This document shows positions 1 through 24,666 of a DNA stretch of 64,000 nucleotides, piece by piece (the first letter of the stretch is position 1; the number at the start of each line of letters is the position of its first letter). The DNA lies in NCBI RefSeq assembly GCF_000150275.1, contig NW_002060943.1:7246299-7310298 (forward strand), read 5' to 3'. This DNA comes from Trichoplax adhaerens (Eukaryota > Animalia > Placozoa). The position numbers were made by a program, and so were the translations under genes. The notes beneath the pieces were generated by a model. It was not told the origin of the DNA, did not search any database, and saw only the letters and a list, made by a program, of their open reading frames with translations.

Positions 1-3000
1 TAGGGAGATGCAATTAGATGATGGACGCTTCTTAATGGCTGCAGATCGTTATGATAGCTTATTGAAGGTATCACATGTAAAACAACAAGGCTCTATCGGC
101 GTTTTCGATGATAATTTTTAACACCTAATAAATACACTCTTTTAACCTTACATTGGAATATCTGACGAATATATCTGATTACAGACTCATTCGAAAGAGG
201 AACTTGATGCACGTAATCTGGTAAGAGTTAGTAAAGAGTTCCGTGTAATTGCTCTTGGTTTACCTGTCCCAAAGTATATGGGAAATCCGCTAGATCCTCC
301 TCTACGATCCCGATTTCAAGCTAGAGATGTAGAATATCTACCATATCAGGTTTACCTGTGTTACTGATTCCCTTCGTAATTCATCATTCTCGTATTGTAC
401 TATAGCTTAAGAGTTGATATGCTAGCTAAGGTATTCATAATTATAGACAAAAAGAAAACATTAAATTTTACCCGATAGTGTACACTAACGGTATATGAAA
501 TTAATCAGTCAATTATAGTCTGCATTTTTTATCTTATATCTAGGAATATTTGCAATCCTTTCAGAAGGAGTTTCGAAATATCCCTAAAGAAAGGTACTTA
601 TAATTCGAAACAGTAATTGTAGACCTTATCATCCTTCTATCTTGAAATTGTATCGTATGTTTATTTTACATCTTTATCACTCCGATTTCCCTGTGCCGTA
701 TTTAAAATGGTTAAAACGCAGAATAAATTGAAATTTTGAAACTAAAATTTGATATTTTACACTACGCAGACTGGTAAAAATTCTTTCCTATGGCAGTACA
801 CTCTTATTATCGGAAGATAAATTACTTGGTTTACCTGACTTTCCCTTATCTAACCTATACTCAGTTGCTAAGATTTTGGTAATCGACACATAATAAATAA
901 ATCATTTATACTATAAAATATTGAATGCTGGCACATTCCTTAAATCGTACGCTCTCATTTATTTATTAAAGGATTCTGCTCCTGAGGCTTCAACCTATCA
1001 AACTTTATACAAACTTTATCCCTATGAACTTATTCTAGGGTACGACGGGAAAATGGCAGCCAAGCATGCTCTCCAGGTACTCAACATCAGTCATAGTATT
1101 GTCCATAGAAAGAAACTTAGATTTTATACCATATTATCTGCAAATGCTGTAAACTGACCTATTGTTATTATTGGTAATAATATCAGATGTTTGACGTGGT
1201 CGATAAGGTGGATGCCAGATTACCTTATCGAATTACGGATATTAAACCGTCTGGTGTAAGCTATATTAATATTAACATGTATGGAAATTACCGACGTAAT
1301 ATTACGTTTTGTTTTATTAACCGAATAATTTTCGTTATCAAATACGATTACAGAATGGTTCAGTTGCTTCAGTAACGTTACAAAGTCACACCAAGAATTT
1401 ATGCCATATTGAAGTTCCAATGGGGAAAAATAATCCTCTAAGGAATGTTGAAGATATAAAGGTAATCAAAAATTTATCCATGTAAGTATTCGGATTAGAG
1501 GGTGTTGTTTACTCCAATTTCGTAATATCATATAGTATTTCGTACCAACATCTTATCATTCTGGAACACTGGCCGACATGATATTATCACATATGATGCG
1601 CGATTTCTGCCTAATAGGTCCTAAGGTTAGTGACCATGGTTTGGCCATAATTCTGGATTGACTTATGAGAATGCAGAAATGATATTTACTGTTTTGTTGT
1701 CTTATAGGGATGTGGCAAGACACTATTAGTTCAAAGCTTTGCTGACATTTTAGGATATCATACCGAAAATGTTGTATTATACCAGGTTAGTTTGACTGAG
1801 AATTCCGAACATTTTGAAGCCCTAGTCTATCTTAAATAATCTCTTTCATTAAATTATGTTACTCTATTAGGACATGACTGCGCGTGACCTTTTGCAACAA
1901 CGAGTTACGTTAGAAAATGGCGATACAACTTGGAGAAATGCTCCTCTTATTACAGCCGCCCTTGAAGGATATATAGCCATTTTAGATGGACTTCATCGTC
2001 TTAACCCATCAACGCTAATGATTTTACAAAGGTATTTAATTAAATATAATGAGCAGAATATGCTTCATTTGTTACACTTCCTTTCTTATTTATTAAGGTT
2101 AATCGACGATCGAGAATTAACTTTGCATGATGGTACACGATTGATGTCAGTGGATAAATATAAATTGCTACAGGAAAGTTCAGGTCTATCAGAAACAGAA
2201 TTGCAAGAAAGGTAGGTATAGTAGCTATGATTAATTAGTGATGTGGAGATTTTTAACCAAACCTGTAAAGTTTATATGAACTATAAACTTATTGAATTTT
2301 TAATTTGTAGGTCTATATTACCAATACACCCCACTTTCCGTATAATAGGTTTGGCGGAACCGAAAGGATCATCTGGAAAAACTAGTGGGCAGCAGTGGTT
2401 GAATTCTGAATTGTTAACATTATTTTTGCATCACGAAATTCGACCTCTAACGAAGTCCGAAGAAATCGACGTTATTAAAACTCTGGTAAAAATACTTGTT
2501 ATGCGAGATGACTGATTTATTTTCTGTTATAATTATTTACGCTATCTATTTTTGCCTATTGAATCCGTCAGGTTCCCAGAGTTCCAGAACAAGACATGGG
2601 TCTGTTAATGAAATTTACACATAGTTTACGAAATAACAATGATCCTACGGTATTGTTATGAAACTTATTGAAGTGGCTTTACCACTAATACAATTTCTTA
2701 TTTGTACCTTTCATGGAGTCTAGCATTCTCTATATTTTAATGACACTAAGTACATAATAAACTAGAAATTGAAAAGATTTCATATTTCATTCAAGGTCCA
2801 ATCTATTTCTTCATCTCTCTCAACACGTCAACTTTTACGAATTTCACGACGATTAGCAAGTTACCCTAATGAAAATCTTAGACATTCTATTTATAAAGCC
2901 TGTTTATCGAAGTAATTTAGCATTAACGAAAATAAATTTGTTTATTCCTTTATCAGATAAATGCAACTATTAATATGTCGTCAAAATTAAATATTGTTTT

Positions 3001-6000
3001 TACGAATAATTTAGATTTCTACCACCTTTAGCATCTGATGTACTGGAGAATGGCCTTAAAGAAGCTGAATTTGTTGCTGAAAAATTAACTGATGATGCGG
3101 ATGCAACATGTATGTCATCCAACAATGACATTGGATTGATATTATTTGCTTTAAATGCATTAATTAGTTATGATATATACGTAAAATCCCGGTAAAAAAG
3201 ATTGATGTCATTACGAAATGATTATATTTAGATAAAGTAGAGAATGATAGTTTAAGAATTGGTAAGATAACAACTACGAGATATAAACCTGATAGCGAGG
3301 TTATGGTTCCTGATGTTTTATTTTACGATAATCTTCAGGTAAGTGTTAAATACTCGTACATGTATATATCGGTTTTACTACCATCCAGGTATGCGCATAT
3401 AATGTCGTTGCTAAGGGATTTTTCTTTCACATCAATCTGTTAGCATATTAAAATTATGGAAGATATGTTGAAAGACTTCTTACTAGGAGAACACTTACTA
3501 CTTATAGGGAATCAGGTTATTTTATCTACCTATAAAATGTTCAAGTATAGCATTCAAAAGCTTCTAGAAATACATTTATGTTTACAGACTATACAGTAAC
3601 ATTTTCTACAACGTGCAAAATTTAGGGCGTTGGTAAAAATAAAATTGTAGATCGTTTTCTTCATCTCCTTAATCGTCCAAGGCAATACATTCAATTACAT
3701 AGGTTAGTAATTAAGCAATAATATGGTGAGCTTTAGAGCCCGGTATATTAGTTCTACATACGATTATTATTGTTTATACTGTTTCACAGAGATACCACTG
3801 TACAAGGACTGACATTACAACCAAGTGTTAGAGATGGACAGATCATTTTTGAAGATTCGCCTCTGGTAAGATAATATGGTCTTACGATAGGCTCATACTG
3901 CATGCGCTATACGCGCCTAATCGTATAGTTATTTTAATGTGAGGTGATACAAATCACGCACACTTCGGCATATCCAGCTCTGACATAGTTATTGTATACC
4001 CTAATTTAAGGTCAATGCCGTTCGGAACGGACATGTCCTAGTAGTTGATGAAGCGGATAAAGCTCCTACTCATGTAACATGCATCCTAAAAGCATTAGTC
4101 GAAAGTGGAGAAATGCTTTTGGCTGATGGAAGAAAAATTGTAACCGGTAAATAATTTCATGTCAGTATAATTTGATATAAATTATATCTGAATTATCAAG
4201 TTCTTTTTTGTTAGGCGTTCGACAAGCGGAAGCCCCGGAAAATGCCATACTTGCTCACAAAGATTTCAGATTGGTTGTATTAGCTAATAGACCAGGTTTT
4301 CCTTTTCTTGGCAATGACTTCTTTGGATCATTAGGTATGTAATACGTTATCCACGTGAATTTAAATATTGGTATATGAAGTATCCTTAACTTTTTTATTA
4401 ACAGGGGATATTTTTAGCTGCCATGCCATAGATAATCCGCCAGTCGATTCTGAAGTGGTACGTTTACTACGTGATCATCATATCAATGTTGATCTAATGC
4501 ATACAAGATATTAATATTAATTTTTACTCTTATGAACTTATTAATTACCGTAATATAATGAAAATTAGGCAATGCTTAAGAAGTACGGCCCCGATGTTCC
4601 TGAAGAAGTTATTAGAAAGCTTGTTGCTGCTTTTGGAGAGCTCAGGCACCTAGCTGACGATGGACAAATATCTTACCCATATTCAACCCGTGAAGTTGTT
4701 AACGTTGTTAGACACTTACAGGTAATTGATTATAATAAGTATAGATATTGTGTTTGTGTAATTTCAAATATTGTTGTCATGTGTTAGCTTTGCTAGTACT
4801 TTATAAGAATAAATTATTTTCTTTCTATAGAAATATCCTAATGATGGAATAGCAAATGTTGTCAAGAACGTTTTCGATTTCGACAACCATCAAAACGAAT
4901 TAATGGAAGTCGTCATTTCCACTCTACGTAAACATGATATTCCGATTGGAGCATCAATCCGCGATATCCGCCTAGCTAAGTCGTAAGGAGATTATGCAGT
5001 GCATGACAATAAAAAATTTTTCATCTATAGATCTGTTCTATCTGCATATATCTGTGTCAAAGACTATTTTAAGTACTATTTCTCGTAAATGTAGAATGAA
5101 TCTATTATCCAGGCGTTGTATTAATTTAATTTAATTTTTAAGACCTTACTACGAAAGACATTAATGTTAGCCAAAACTTATTTGTTTGCTTGCATGTAAT
5201 TTTTGTAAGAAATAATCTCTCATTTTGGAGACTAGTTAGATTTTACGTTTAAGCATCTGTTTTCTTCTTGTCTTAGTTTACAATAAAACCGTACCGTACA
5301 TCTGTTCTTGTTTATTTACTGCTGCTGATTCTTGTTTACGATAGCCCATGAAAATTCATAGTATGAATGTGCCAATTAATTATCATGGATGATGTTACAC
5401 CAATTTAGTTACAGTCCAAAATTTTACTGCAAATAAATTAGTACGCATGATATGTACGATATGTAATAACTTCCGGATATACATTGTTTTCATCTCACCT
5501 TATGATAGATTTCCTTTACCTCCGCCAACACTAATGTCGAATTGGACGTTATCTAAGCAGCAACGGTCATTTAAGCCATGTAGTATTGAAACCTCATATC
5601 TGATAGCTCAGGTTAACTCTTCATTTGGATAAAATTGCAGTAGAGATAAGCCGATTATTGCAAAAATTTATCTAACATACAGTTTTATTCTCTGTGTTAA
5701 AGGATCGTTTAGAAATTGGTGTTGATCATTTTGAAACACAGCAGATTAAGCAGCGATCCATAGCATTCAATGAATTACTTAGTACATGGCAGTTATTCAT
5801 GCATTCATCCAATAGAATTGCTGCTGTTGCGACAACTAAGGGTAAATTAGATATTTCTACTTTATGTTGATACAGAACGTAGCGACTTTCGAATTCGTGT
5901 ATCTTTCGAGCTTGTAAAGAATTTGTAGTTTATCTACGCAGTAATACGTAAATTGATCTGTCTGATAGATGGGAAAAAGAATAATATCTATGCTGCAACT

Positions 6001-9000
6001 TGTAATCCAGTCAGCGTATATGCAATGGAAGAAGACGCTGACTCATACACCTTTCTTGATTTGTACGGAATGTTCCCTAGTACTCGTTACAGATGGAAGC
6101 CTTCGTTAACAATTTCAGCGTTAGGCAATTCGATGAATGATTGTATTCTACTGCACGAAGAAACTGTAATTACCAATTTTTAAGCAAATTTTTAATTTTG
6201 ATTCTGTAACAACAAAAAATGCAGTGACCCACTGATTTGTGCTATATACACGTATATTGCGCTTATGCCAATTATTATAATTATCGCTATTTGTAGAGTA
6301 ACACCTTAATGCTAGTGTGGCCTCGTAAAGGTGAAATTCAAAAGATTCATACCAAATCAAGATTTGCTAGGGTTCGTGATTCATTTACTCGAAGAATGGA
6401 AGAATCCGAGGTTAGCGAGAGAATTTTTATATTTAACTCAGATGCTAGTAGGAATTATAGTATCGATTATAAGCCAATTTTACTATCTACATCCTGATTC
6501 GTAAAGCTTCCTTCGGTAATAAATTTTTTAATTCTCTCACAAGGAATTACACAAGATTTGTAACGAATTTTCGCATGAAAATTGGGTCGTGACATATAGA
6601 GAACATGGGTAGGTACTTACATTTCTCATAGAAGCGCTTATTGCTAACATATTTCTTGATATCCTAAATTAAGAAGAAATCTAATTTGATGTACAGAAAC
6701 CATTTAAATGCCATTGATGTAGAAAGCGGTACCTGTTACACTATAAATCTGCCCATTTCGGCTTCTTTGGTGCGTCTTATTCATAAAGACGTTTGGCTCA
6801 TAGTGGAATCCAATTCTTCGAAGTAGAAACTAGCATAAAATCTGACTAGATGTTATTCACGTGCTTAATTTGCTATAAACTTACAGGTCTTCAAAAATTC
6901 ACAATATAAATAGGAAATATCTCCTTAAGAAAGAACATGAAACCGATTTATGGCCTACTATCCTTATACAGACAGAACAAGAAATGTTATCATCTGGTAT
7001 CTATCATATTAAATCGTTATTAAGTAATTCTGACGTATGTAACCTCCAAAATTTATAATTGCAAATTTCAGAACTCCAGCAAGAACAGGACCTTCAATTA
7101 TCATCGAAGGCCACCTCAGAAGCGATCGTACATAAATTTCTTGATATATCAAATATTGATAACATGACAAACAGGATAGTGTCCGATGATATGAGTTATG
7201 CCGGTATAGCAGTTGGCCTTCCTGATAATTTCTTAAATGATACTGATGTAAGATAAAAAGTTGTTGCCTAATTTCTACTCTATCTGTATAAGATATTAGT
7301 CAACACCGGTTCTATATTAATTAGTTTTTATCTAAATTAAAATAATACTGTAATTACAGACTGCAGTTGGCTTATTTAAAGTACCACGTACTTTACAACC
7401 AGAAAAAAATAGCGAAATAGGAAGAACTGTTAGCGATGCCGTTTTTCTAAGTTCTGTTGGTCAAGTAGCTCGAATCGTGAAAGATGTTCACGTTCCAGAA
7501 GAAATTTCGAAAGAAGAATGTAAATTCAATACTTCATTCAAACCAGTTTTTGCATAGTTAGATTCAAGAGTTGTGCATTTAATAGAGAAAGGAATACTTA
7601 GTCTACAAAATTTCATCTCTTTGTCCGTTTATAGCATCTGATCATTTTATCGAAGTTGTTGACTTACAAAGACATGTAGTGAGATTCTTACCACTCCCAA
7701 GGTAGATAATAAGCTATAATGAAATCATAAACTATTTCTGTTATGGTATTTAAACAGTTTTTAAATTCCTTAAATTCGCTCTAGAGTCCCGAGATCAAAT
7801 TATGTGTATACCCCAGGAGAGATAATCCCATATGCAATCAATGCACTACCAGACGATAGGATATTGGTTATTGACTCTACTGGACGTGTTACTTTATGGG
7901 AAACAGGATTTAGCAACTTAGAAAGGTATATTTCAAGAAAATTAATTCTTTTAGATTAACTTATTTACAACTACTTTGGAAGATCTACACCAGATATTAG
8001 TACAAAAAATTATTGATTAAAGATTAGATAGCGAAAATTAGTTAAAAACTTTGGCTTCTGTAGTTCGCTAGATAAATGGATGCAACTAGTTACTGATGAA
8101 GGTGCAGCAGAGGATACACAAGTAAGCCAAATGGATTATGTGGATATGTAATATTATGATCAGTATCTCCTATCCTTATTGTCGGCCAGTAACATAATTA
8201 TTGATCAATTACTAATAGATAACAATCGAGCGACCAAACGATCTGGAGGTTACAGATCCAAAACACGGAAAGGTTTGACACTTTTAATTTGAAGATATAG
8301 CTAGTACGTGTTTGCTTCCTAATATTTTTCCTTCGTATTAGATTTTAACGTTTCTTGATCTTCACGACTATAGGAAGATCCATCAAACGCGCCCCATGTT
8401 GGCGGCAATACCTGGGCTGGTGGTACTGGTGGAAGAAGCACTGCTGGCTTAGGAGGTAGAGGAGGACCATACCGGTTAGATGCTGGGCATGATGTCTATC
8501 AAGTTTCCGATACTGACAAAGAAGTCGTACCACCAGAAGTGCGTTTAATTAAGCCAAGCTTTATGTACTATAGGATTATTACGCCAATATTTCTCCAATT
8601 TACTATTCTAATATCAGTACGATACTATAATTTTAAATCTAATACTTGAATATTTCGCAGATCTCTGAGGCTGCTAGAAAGATGAACAGAAAAGCATTTC
8701 AGGACAGGTATTATATTTAGACGTTTAAATTAAAAAATTGAGCGTATTACTGATCTTTCATCCGTAGAATTCAAAAGTTTGTAAACAACCAATTTTACTT
8801 AAAGGCTTCGGGAGATTGAAATGAGTGAATATGATGCCGACGCTTACGACAAAGTATCGAATACTGTTCAACGGCAGGTTAAAGCCTTACGTGTTATATT
8901 AGACAGCCTTGAGGTAAGAATTTAATTTCTGATTAGAAAGCTTCAAAGTAGCTGTCAGTAAACACCTAATGGTGTCCATTCCAGGCAAAAGGTTTAGAAA

Positions 9001-10339
9001 GAACTTGGGCAAAAAATCAAACAACTGGAGATCTTGATGATAACAGGGTATGATATTTCATACATAATTCTTTATGAAAGCTAAAACTTCCAGTAGTATC
9101 AACTAATTTATTTATGTAAAATCTTCACGAATGCTATTGTGCAGCTGATTGAAGGCCTAACAGGAGAGCGTACAATATATAAGAGAAGAGCAGACAAGGA
9201 ACCTGAGGTTAACTTTACGAACGACACATTTTATTATTTTACGCATAGATAGCATAGGTATGAAATTGCTTCTACTAATGTTGTCAAAAATTAATTACAA
9301 TTCTTAGTACAACTCCCAAGATCAGGAACACCCAAAACGACTTAGGCTAGCTGTTGATGTGAGCGGTAGTATGTATAGATTTAATGGAGTAGACGGTAGA
9401 CTTCAGAGAACACTAGAAGCGACATGCATGTTAATGGAAGCATTCGAAAACTATGACCAAAAATTTCAGGTAAATTTACAAATACAAGATTCTACAAACT
9501 ATACCTGTGAATATTAATTTCTAGAAATCCTGAAAGTGTAATGAATGAATACTTTAGCTTACCAAATAACCGGAGCGTCACTAGTAACTCTAAGAGTGCT
9601 TAAGTCACAATAAATAACTTGTGAAGATTGCTGTATCATTTCTAAAATCGATGCTTACTACTTAATACTATAGTATGAAATTTTCGGTCATTCCGGAGAA
9701 GATCCCGAAATTCCCTTTATAAGATACGACAAAGCACCTAAAAATAATAAGGAACGACTTAAAGTTTTAAAGGTAAGAACCAACAATTCTACTACGCATA
9801 ACAATTTGAGGGCAGTATGTTATTATAGCCTATTTTTAACTTAATTAAAGAGCTCAAAGATACGTTCATACTCTATAAATATATACTATCCTAATTGAAA
9901 TATATATTGCTTTTATTAGGCTATGCATGCACATTCTCAATTCTGTTTTAGTGGTGATACTACTATGGAAGCTACAAAAAATGCAGTAGAAAAAGTTGTA
10001 GAAGACGAAGCCGATGAACATTTTGTAATTATACTATCTGATGCAAATTTGGAAAGATATGGTTTAAACGCAGCCAAACTAGGAGCAATGATGAGCTCCG
10101 ATCCGAGAGTTAATGTATTCTTCATATTCATTGGTTCTTTGGGAAATCAAGCTGAAAGGTTAGCTTACATTATGAAATTCGAAATGTTGTGTTACAGAAT
10201 TAAAATAAAAGTCTATTTATTTCTTTGTAGACTAAAGAAAAAACTTCCTGCTGGACATGCTTTCGTTTGTATGAATACCAAAGATATTCCACAAATATTA
10301 CAACAAATATTTACTTCTACAATGCTTTTAACAAGATGA
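1..10339 (+). CDS. VWA8: VWA8 (KIAA0564-type AAA+ ATPase with C-terminal VWA domain), multi-exon, 5' end outside window
   Basis: Spliced exons give Walker A motifs IGPK|GCGKT (~1615-1720) and IGNQ|GVGKNK (~3500-3640), Walker B LDGLHRL and VVDEADKA, LANRPGFPFLGNDFF, GGNTWAGGTGGRSTAGLGGRGGPYRLDAGH (~8400-8490), MIDAS DVSGSMYRFNG (~9355) and C-terminus IPQILQQIFTSTMLLTR* at 10339. Confidence 0.95.
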
Positions 10340-10648
10340 ATAACTATTGCTAGTGATAATAGTTAATATGATTAATTAAATCCAGAAGACATCTTTATGT
10401 GTCGAAAATGATTGAGATAAATCATGTTATTCTAAGAAGCCTACGGGTTATCTTTAATTAAAGCATACGCATATATCCGTAATAAAATGAAGCCTTAACA
10501 AGGTCCTAACTCATGCTAACGGTTAGACTATTCCTAAATACTTATTTTACGAATGATTTAAACACAGGTCACATAACGACATCAGAGGATCGATTGTTGT
10601 CGTAATAGTAAGGATTAACGTCAATACATAATGACGTTCAATCAATGT

Positions 10649-15040
<4,392 letters not shown>

Positions 15041-15919
15041 ACTTGCACCACCAGCCGTTGTCTTGATCCAATGGTTATGAGTGAGGGTTACAATCAACCC
15101 CGGGTAATAGAAAGGGGGGTCAACAATGGGGTGTTGCTTGGTAAGTGAAGCTTCTAACCTACTGTTTGATACTAGCTTACTGTCACTATGCTACAGTATA
15201 AGCAAGCGGCTCCTTTCTTGAAGCAGAGCTTATGGTATACAGATAGTACAGCGACCCGGACATGCTGCACCATGGCCTGTACAAACAAGGAAATCTCTAC
15301 TTAGCAGGTTTCCTTCTATTAGAAATAAAAAGAAAATCTCTGGATAAGTGGATCAGATTGTTTAGTAGTTTTACTAGAGGTTATTATTCACTTTTATTTC
15401 TTTCTTTAAAGTCACGGCCTAGTAGAAGAATGGTTCTACCTGGACACCTGGTCTATACCTTTGTTGGGTAATATCGTGAATAAGTGGCACAATAGTACAG
15501 TGACATTAATTTTGCTAGTCATTTTTGAGGGCAGCATATTTAGTTATTACTCACATTCATCAGGTCATGAATAACTACTTTATATAGAATATTGAGTTAG
15601 TAAAGTATGATCGCTATGTCCTACAATACTATAGTAAGTCTTACAGACTTACAGTCTTGTATTAACATGATTACTATACGCACAGGGAAAATGACGAGCA
15701 AAAATAATGTCATGCCTGCAGTACATAGTACATCTGTACCGTCAAATACTGTCGTGTACAGTGTACAGTAGCACATGGTACTGTACTCGATCACGCTAGA
15801 GATTGTAGCAAACTGATAGTACAGTGTGCAATGGACGTTCTACAATTCTATACTGTATACTATACACTGATCGCACATAACTGCATACGCAGTAAAAATA
15901 CGAAGTCGAAGCAAGTCCG

Positions 15920-16060
15920 TAGTCACGTGGTCAATCGCTGACGTCAGAAGTCAGCCTGTTTTTGTTTTGTAGACTTCGCCGCCGAGCTACACGTGTTGAG
16001 TCGATTCAGTATCGTGGTTGAAAACATACTGGATAGCAATAGCTTTTAGTATAAAAAGGG
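15920..16060. promoter_or_regulatory. Divergent GSR/DKC1 promoter region with two E-boxes, a CRE and a TATA-like box
   Basis: CACGTG at 15924-15929 and 15990-15995, TGACGTCA at 15939-15946 and TATAAAA at ~16050, in a locally CpG-richer patch 200-330 bp upstream of the DKC1 ATG. Confidence 0.55.
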
Positions 16061-16247
16061 TGTCGATCGTATTGGATCGACACCAGTTTGCAAAGCAAGC
16101 ACCACCTCAACCGCGGTTGGGTCAACTAGATGTAATTGACTCGCTCGTATCGCGTCATCCAGTAGCAACGACACTTGCACGATCGGGTCATCTCACTCGA
16201 GCGCTTCAACTCTTTTTCCTATCCGAGACCTGGACAATTCCTCCAAT

Positions 16248-21336
<5,089 letters not shown>

Positions 21337-22679
21337 ACAGCAATTTTGTATACTCCTATTAAATTTACTTTATTATGATATTGTAATATTGACTGTACAC
21401 AGTACATGCTGTTCTGTTTGTACAGAACTATGCAATGCAGTGTTATACAGTATTAACAGCAGAAAGAATTTACATCATGTTGCATGGTCTTCTAATCCAA
21501 TCTTAATAGCAGTAGTACATCAGAATGCATTTGTTTTTAGCAAGCGATAATTGCAAAAGTTAATTTTTTACATTACTTTTGCTCTTGCATGGATCACTTT
21601 TAAAAATGTTCTTACCACAGTTAAAAGTTATGGTACCATATTTTACGCTGGTTGCATAATGACACGTCGTTTAACTTGACCATCATTCACGTTTATCTAG
21701 AAATACATTTAATCTTTTATATTTGTAGCAGCTAATGTGCTCCAAAGTCGAAGGTATAAATAGAATATCATAAGAGCTATACAGTATAAAGTATGGAGAA
21801 AGATAGAAAAAGTAATTGTTATCAGGCATTATTTGATAATTATAACCAGTCTATACCTGACTGTGGTCAATTGCTTGCTTAATTTTTTGTTAATTCTTTA
21901 TTCATGATACATTTACACTGCTCAGCTCATGTAATTCCATTAATCAATTGTAACGATGGGTTTGTCAAAGACTTCGGAAAATTTAATCTTGCAGCACTAT
22001 ACAAGAATATATTGGACAAAATTCTGTATTATCTTTTTGGATTACCCCACTGTTGCATTGTTTACTATCGACATTATAAATACAATCTATCCTTACTTAA
22101 TGTAATCAGTTTTTATAAATTGATAGGATCAGTAATAAATATTGTGACATACGATCTTCACTGTTTGGATACTATTCATATATACTTGTATGGTTTGAAC
22201 AGGTAGGTGCGCTGAAATACTGTTATGAAATGAGATAGAATACAAATTGACTTGTTCCTTCTAGCCTAATAACTACTTAGTAATTTATTTAATAGTTAGT
22301 AACGATATCTAGTCTTGATGCAAATTGCAAAGTTAGAGTTGGCGTACTGTAGTACTCGTTTTGCAGCTGAAGACATTCATAAGACTGTAAATAGGAAATC
22401 GACAGTATAGCAATAATCTCCTTGACAGTGCATAGTGTATTATCTAGTTTGGGCCTTTGTTATTTGGTTTTTGCTATTCTAGAAATATACTAGACTACTC
22501 GCATAATTTGAACATTATTCAAGACTGCGGTAGCATGTACGCATACAAGCCATTTAATGAATAGTTAACTGCATTGCTTACTTTGATTTCCTTATACTAC
22601 AATGGTAATATGTACCGGTGATAAACTAGTCTATTATTTTTAATGGCCTAAATTGAAAGGAAGATTGATTGCTGGCATT

Positions 22680-23490
22680 GCTCTAGATTAGATGCCACTA
22701 TAGTCTTGAATCATTAAATACCGTATTCGAAGTCGTTTTCTCCTTCCATTCTACGTCGCTCAGCACTTCTACTTTACTTACTGGCACTAGACTACATTAG
22801 TCTACTTATAACTCAAAATTGAGTTAAGATGAATTGGCAGCATTACAAAAAAATGGCTGAGATTGCTACTATAGTCTTGAATCTATTCGTCATTTAGTTT
22901 ATTCTTTAATGACAATAATTATAATTATGCGTATAAGTAGCTACCATGCTGTTAGTCATTTTTGGTAACAGATCAAGAAATTGATGAGACTGCCACTATA
23001 GCCTTGAATCTATCCGTTATTTAGTTTATTCTTTAATGACAATGATTGTAAGTAGCTAAGATATTCTTAATCATTTTTGGCAACAGATCAAGAAATTGAT
23101 GAGACTGCCACTATAGCCTTGAATCTATCCGTTATTTACTTTATTCTTTAATGGCAATGATTGTAAGTAGCTACGATATTCGTAATCATTTTTGGCAACA
23201 TATTAAGAAATGGATGAGATTGCTACCATAGTCTTGAATCTATCCGTCATTTAGTTTATTCTTTACGAGCAATAATTATGCGTATAAGTAGCTACAATAC
23301 TCTTAGTCATTTTTGGTAACAGATCAGAAATTGATAAGATTGCCACTGCATGTAGTCTTGAATCTATCCGTTGCTTAGCTCAATCTTTAATGGCAATGAT
23401 TGTAAGTAGCTACGACACTCTTAATCATTTTTGGCAGCATATCAAGAAATGGATGAGATTGGAAAGTAACTACGACACCCTTAGCCATCT
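22680..23490. repeat. Intergenic tandem array, ~6 x 115-125 bp
   Basis: gagactgccactatagccttgaatctatccgttatttagtttattctttaatg recurs at ~22860, 22986, 23101, 23216 and 23336, with fragments on each side. Confidence 0.9.
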
Positions 23491-24666
23491 CCTTCTGTAT
23501 TAGCATTCGTCTATAGTTGGTAACATTGATTAAAAAAAGGATTTGATTTACTGCAAGAAATGGATTAGATTGGATATATTAGCACTAGTCTGTTGTTAAT
23601 GCTAGTTAAAAAGTATGGATTCATTGGCAGCACTGCAAGCTATGAAATTCCATTGGAAAGTAACTAAGGTACTCGTAGTCATCTCCTTCGTATATTAGCA
23701 CTAGACTAGGAATGACAAACAGAATTAAAATATTCCTATGCAATCGTTTTGTAACTCTTAATGAATAGGGATATGTAAGATCTTACTCTGTGAACTAGCA
23801 TAGCCTAAATCATAGAACTAAATACAGCTAATCAAGTTGGTGTCGATGATGGTATGTGGTATTTCTTGATGGAAGTATAGAAGCACCAATTGTGTCCTTA
23901 AAAGATTTTAATTACAAGCTACTCTCAAAGTAACTAACGTGTAAAATAATAGCATGTTACATAACAAATTGATCGGCAGCACTGCAAGAATTGGATTCCA
24001 TTGCCATACCAGTGCAGCAAGAAATAGCTTTAAGCGTTAAAGAGAAATCACTGAGGTATCGTCTCTGCGTGTAGACTCCCTTTAAGGAATCTACTCGATC
24101 GTATGTAGAAAATAGACTAAAGATGAAGGGATCTACTGTAGCATAGAAGGTTGCTAACAGAAGAAAGATCGATCTACTCCAATTCCACCATGGTATGCAC
24201 TACTGTACAATAGTCCATTTCGAAACTAAGCCTTAGATCAACACATTTAGGGTAAATAAACTATTTTGCAAACAAACATTTTTTCCCCAGTCCATGAATT
24301 CCATCAACAAGTTAATGTATACAACATGGATAGCCATGCTATGCAGAATATACGATTGGTGTGCTCACTAGCAATACTACACTATTAGGATCCACCGTTC
24401 TGTATAATTCATACATAAATAAATTTGAGTATTGCTTCCTACTGAGAGGCCCAACTTTGAATATACAGTTTACTGGAAATCTCAGTTCTCGTGAATAAGT
24501 AATTATTGTCCTATGCACTCTTTATTGCTCTACTATACTCGTATCATAATATCCAATACCAACTAGATATTATAAAATATCATATTCGTACATCTTGATG
24601 GCATATCTTGAGATATTTCGAACAATCGTGCTCTAATTGAGAAAAAAAGATCAAAAGGAAAATCCA

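Noticed and set aside
15041-15190. In-frame upstream extension of GSR as a mitochondrial presequence
   Set aside because: The frame is open for ~45 codons but has no ATG and is not presequence-like
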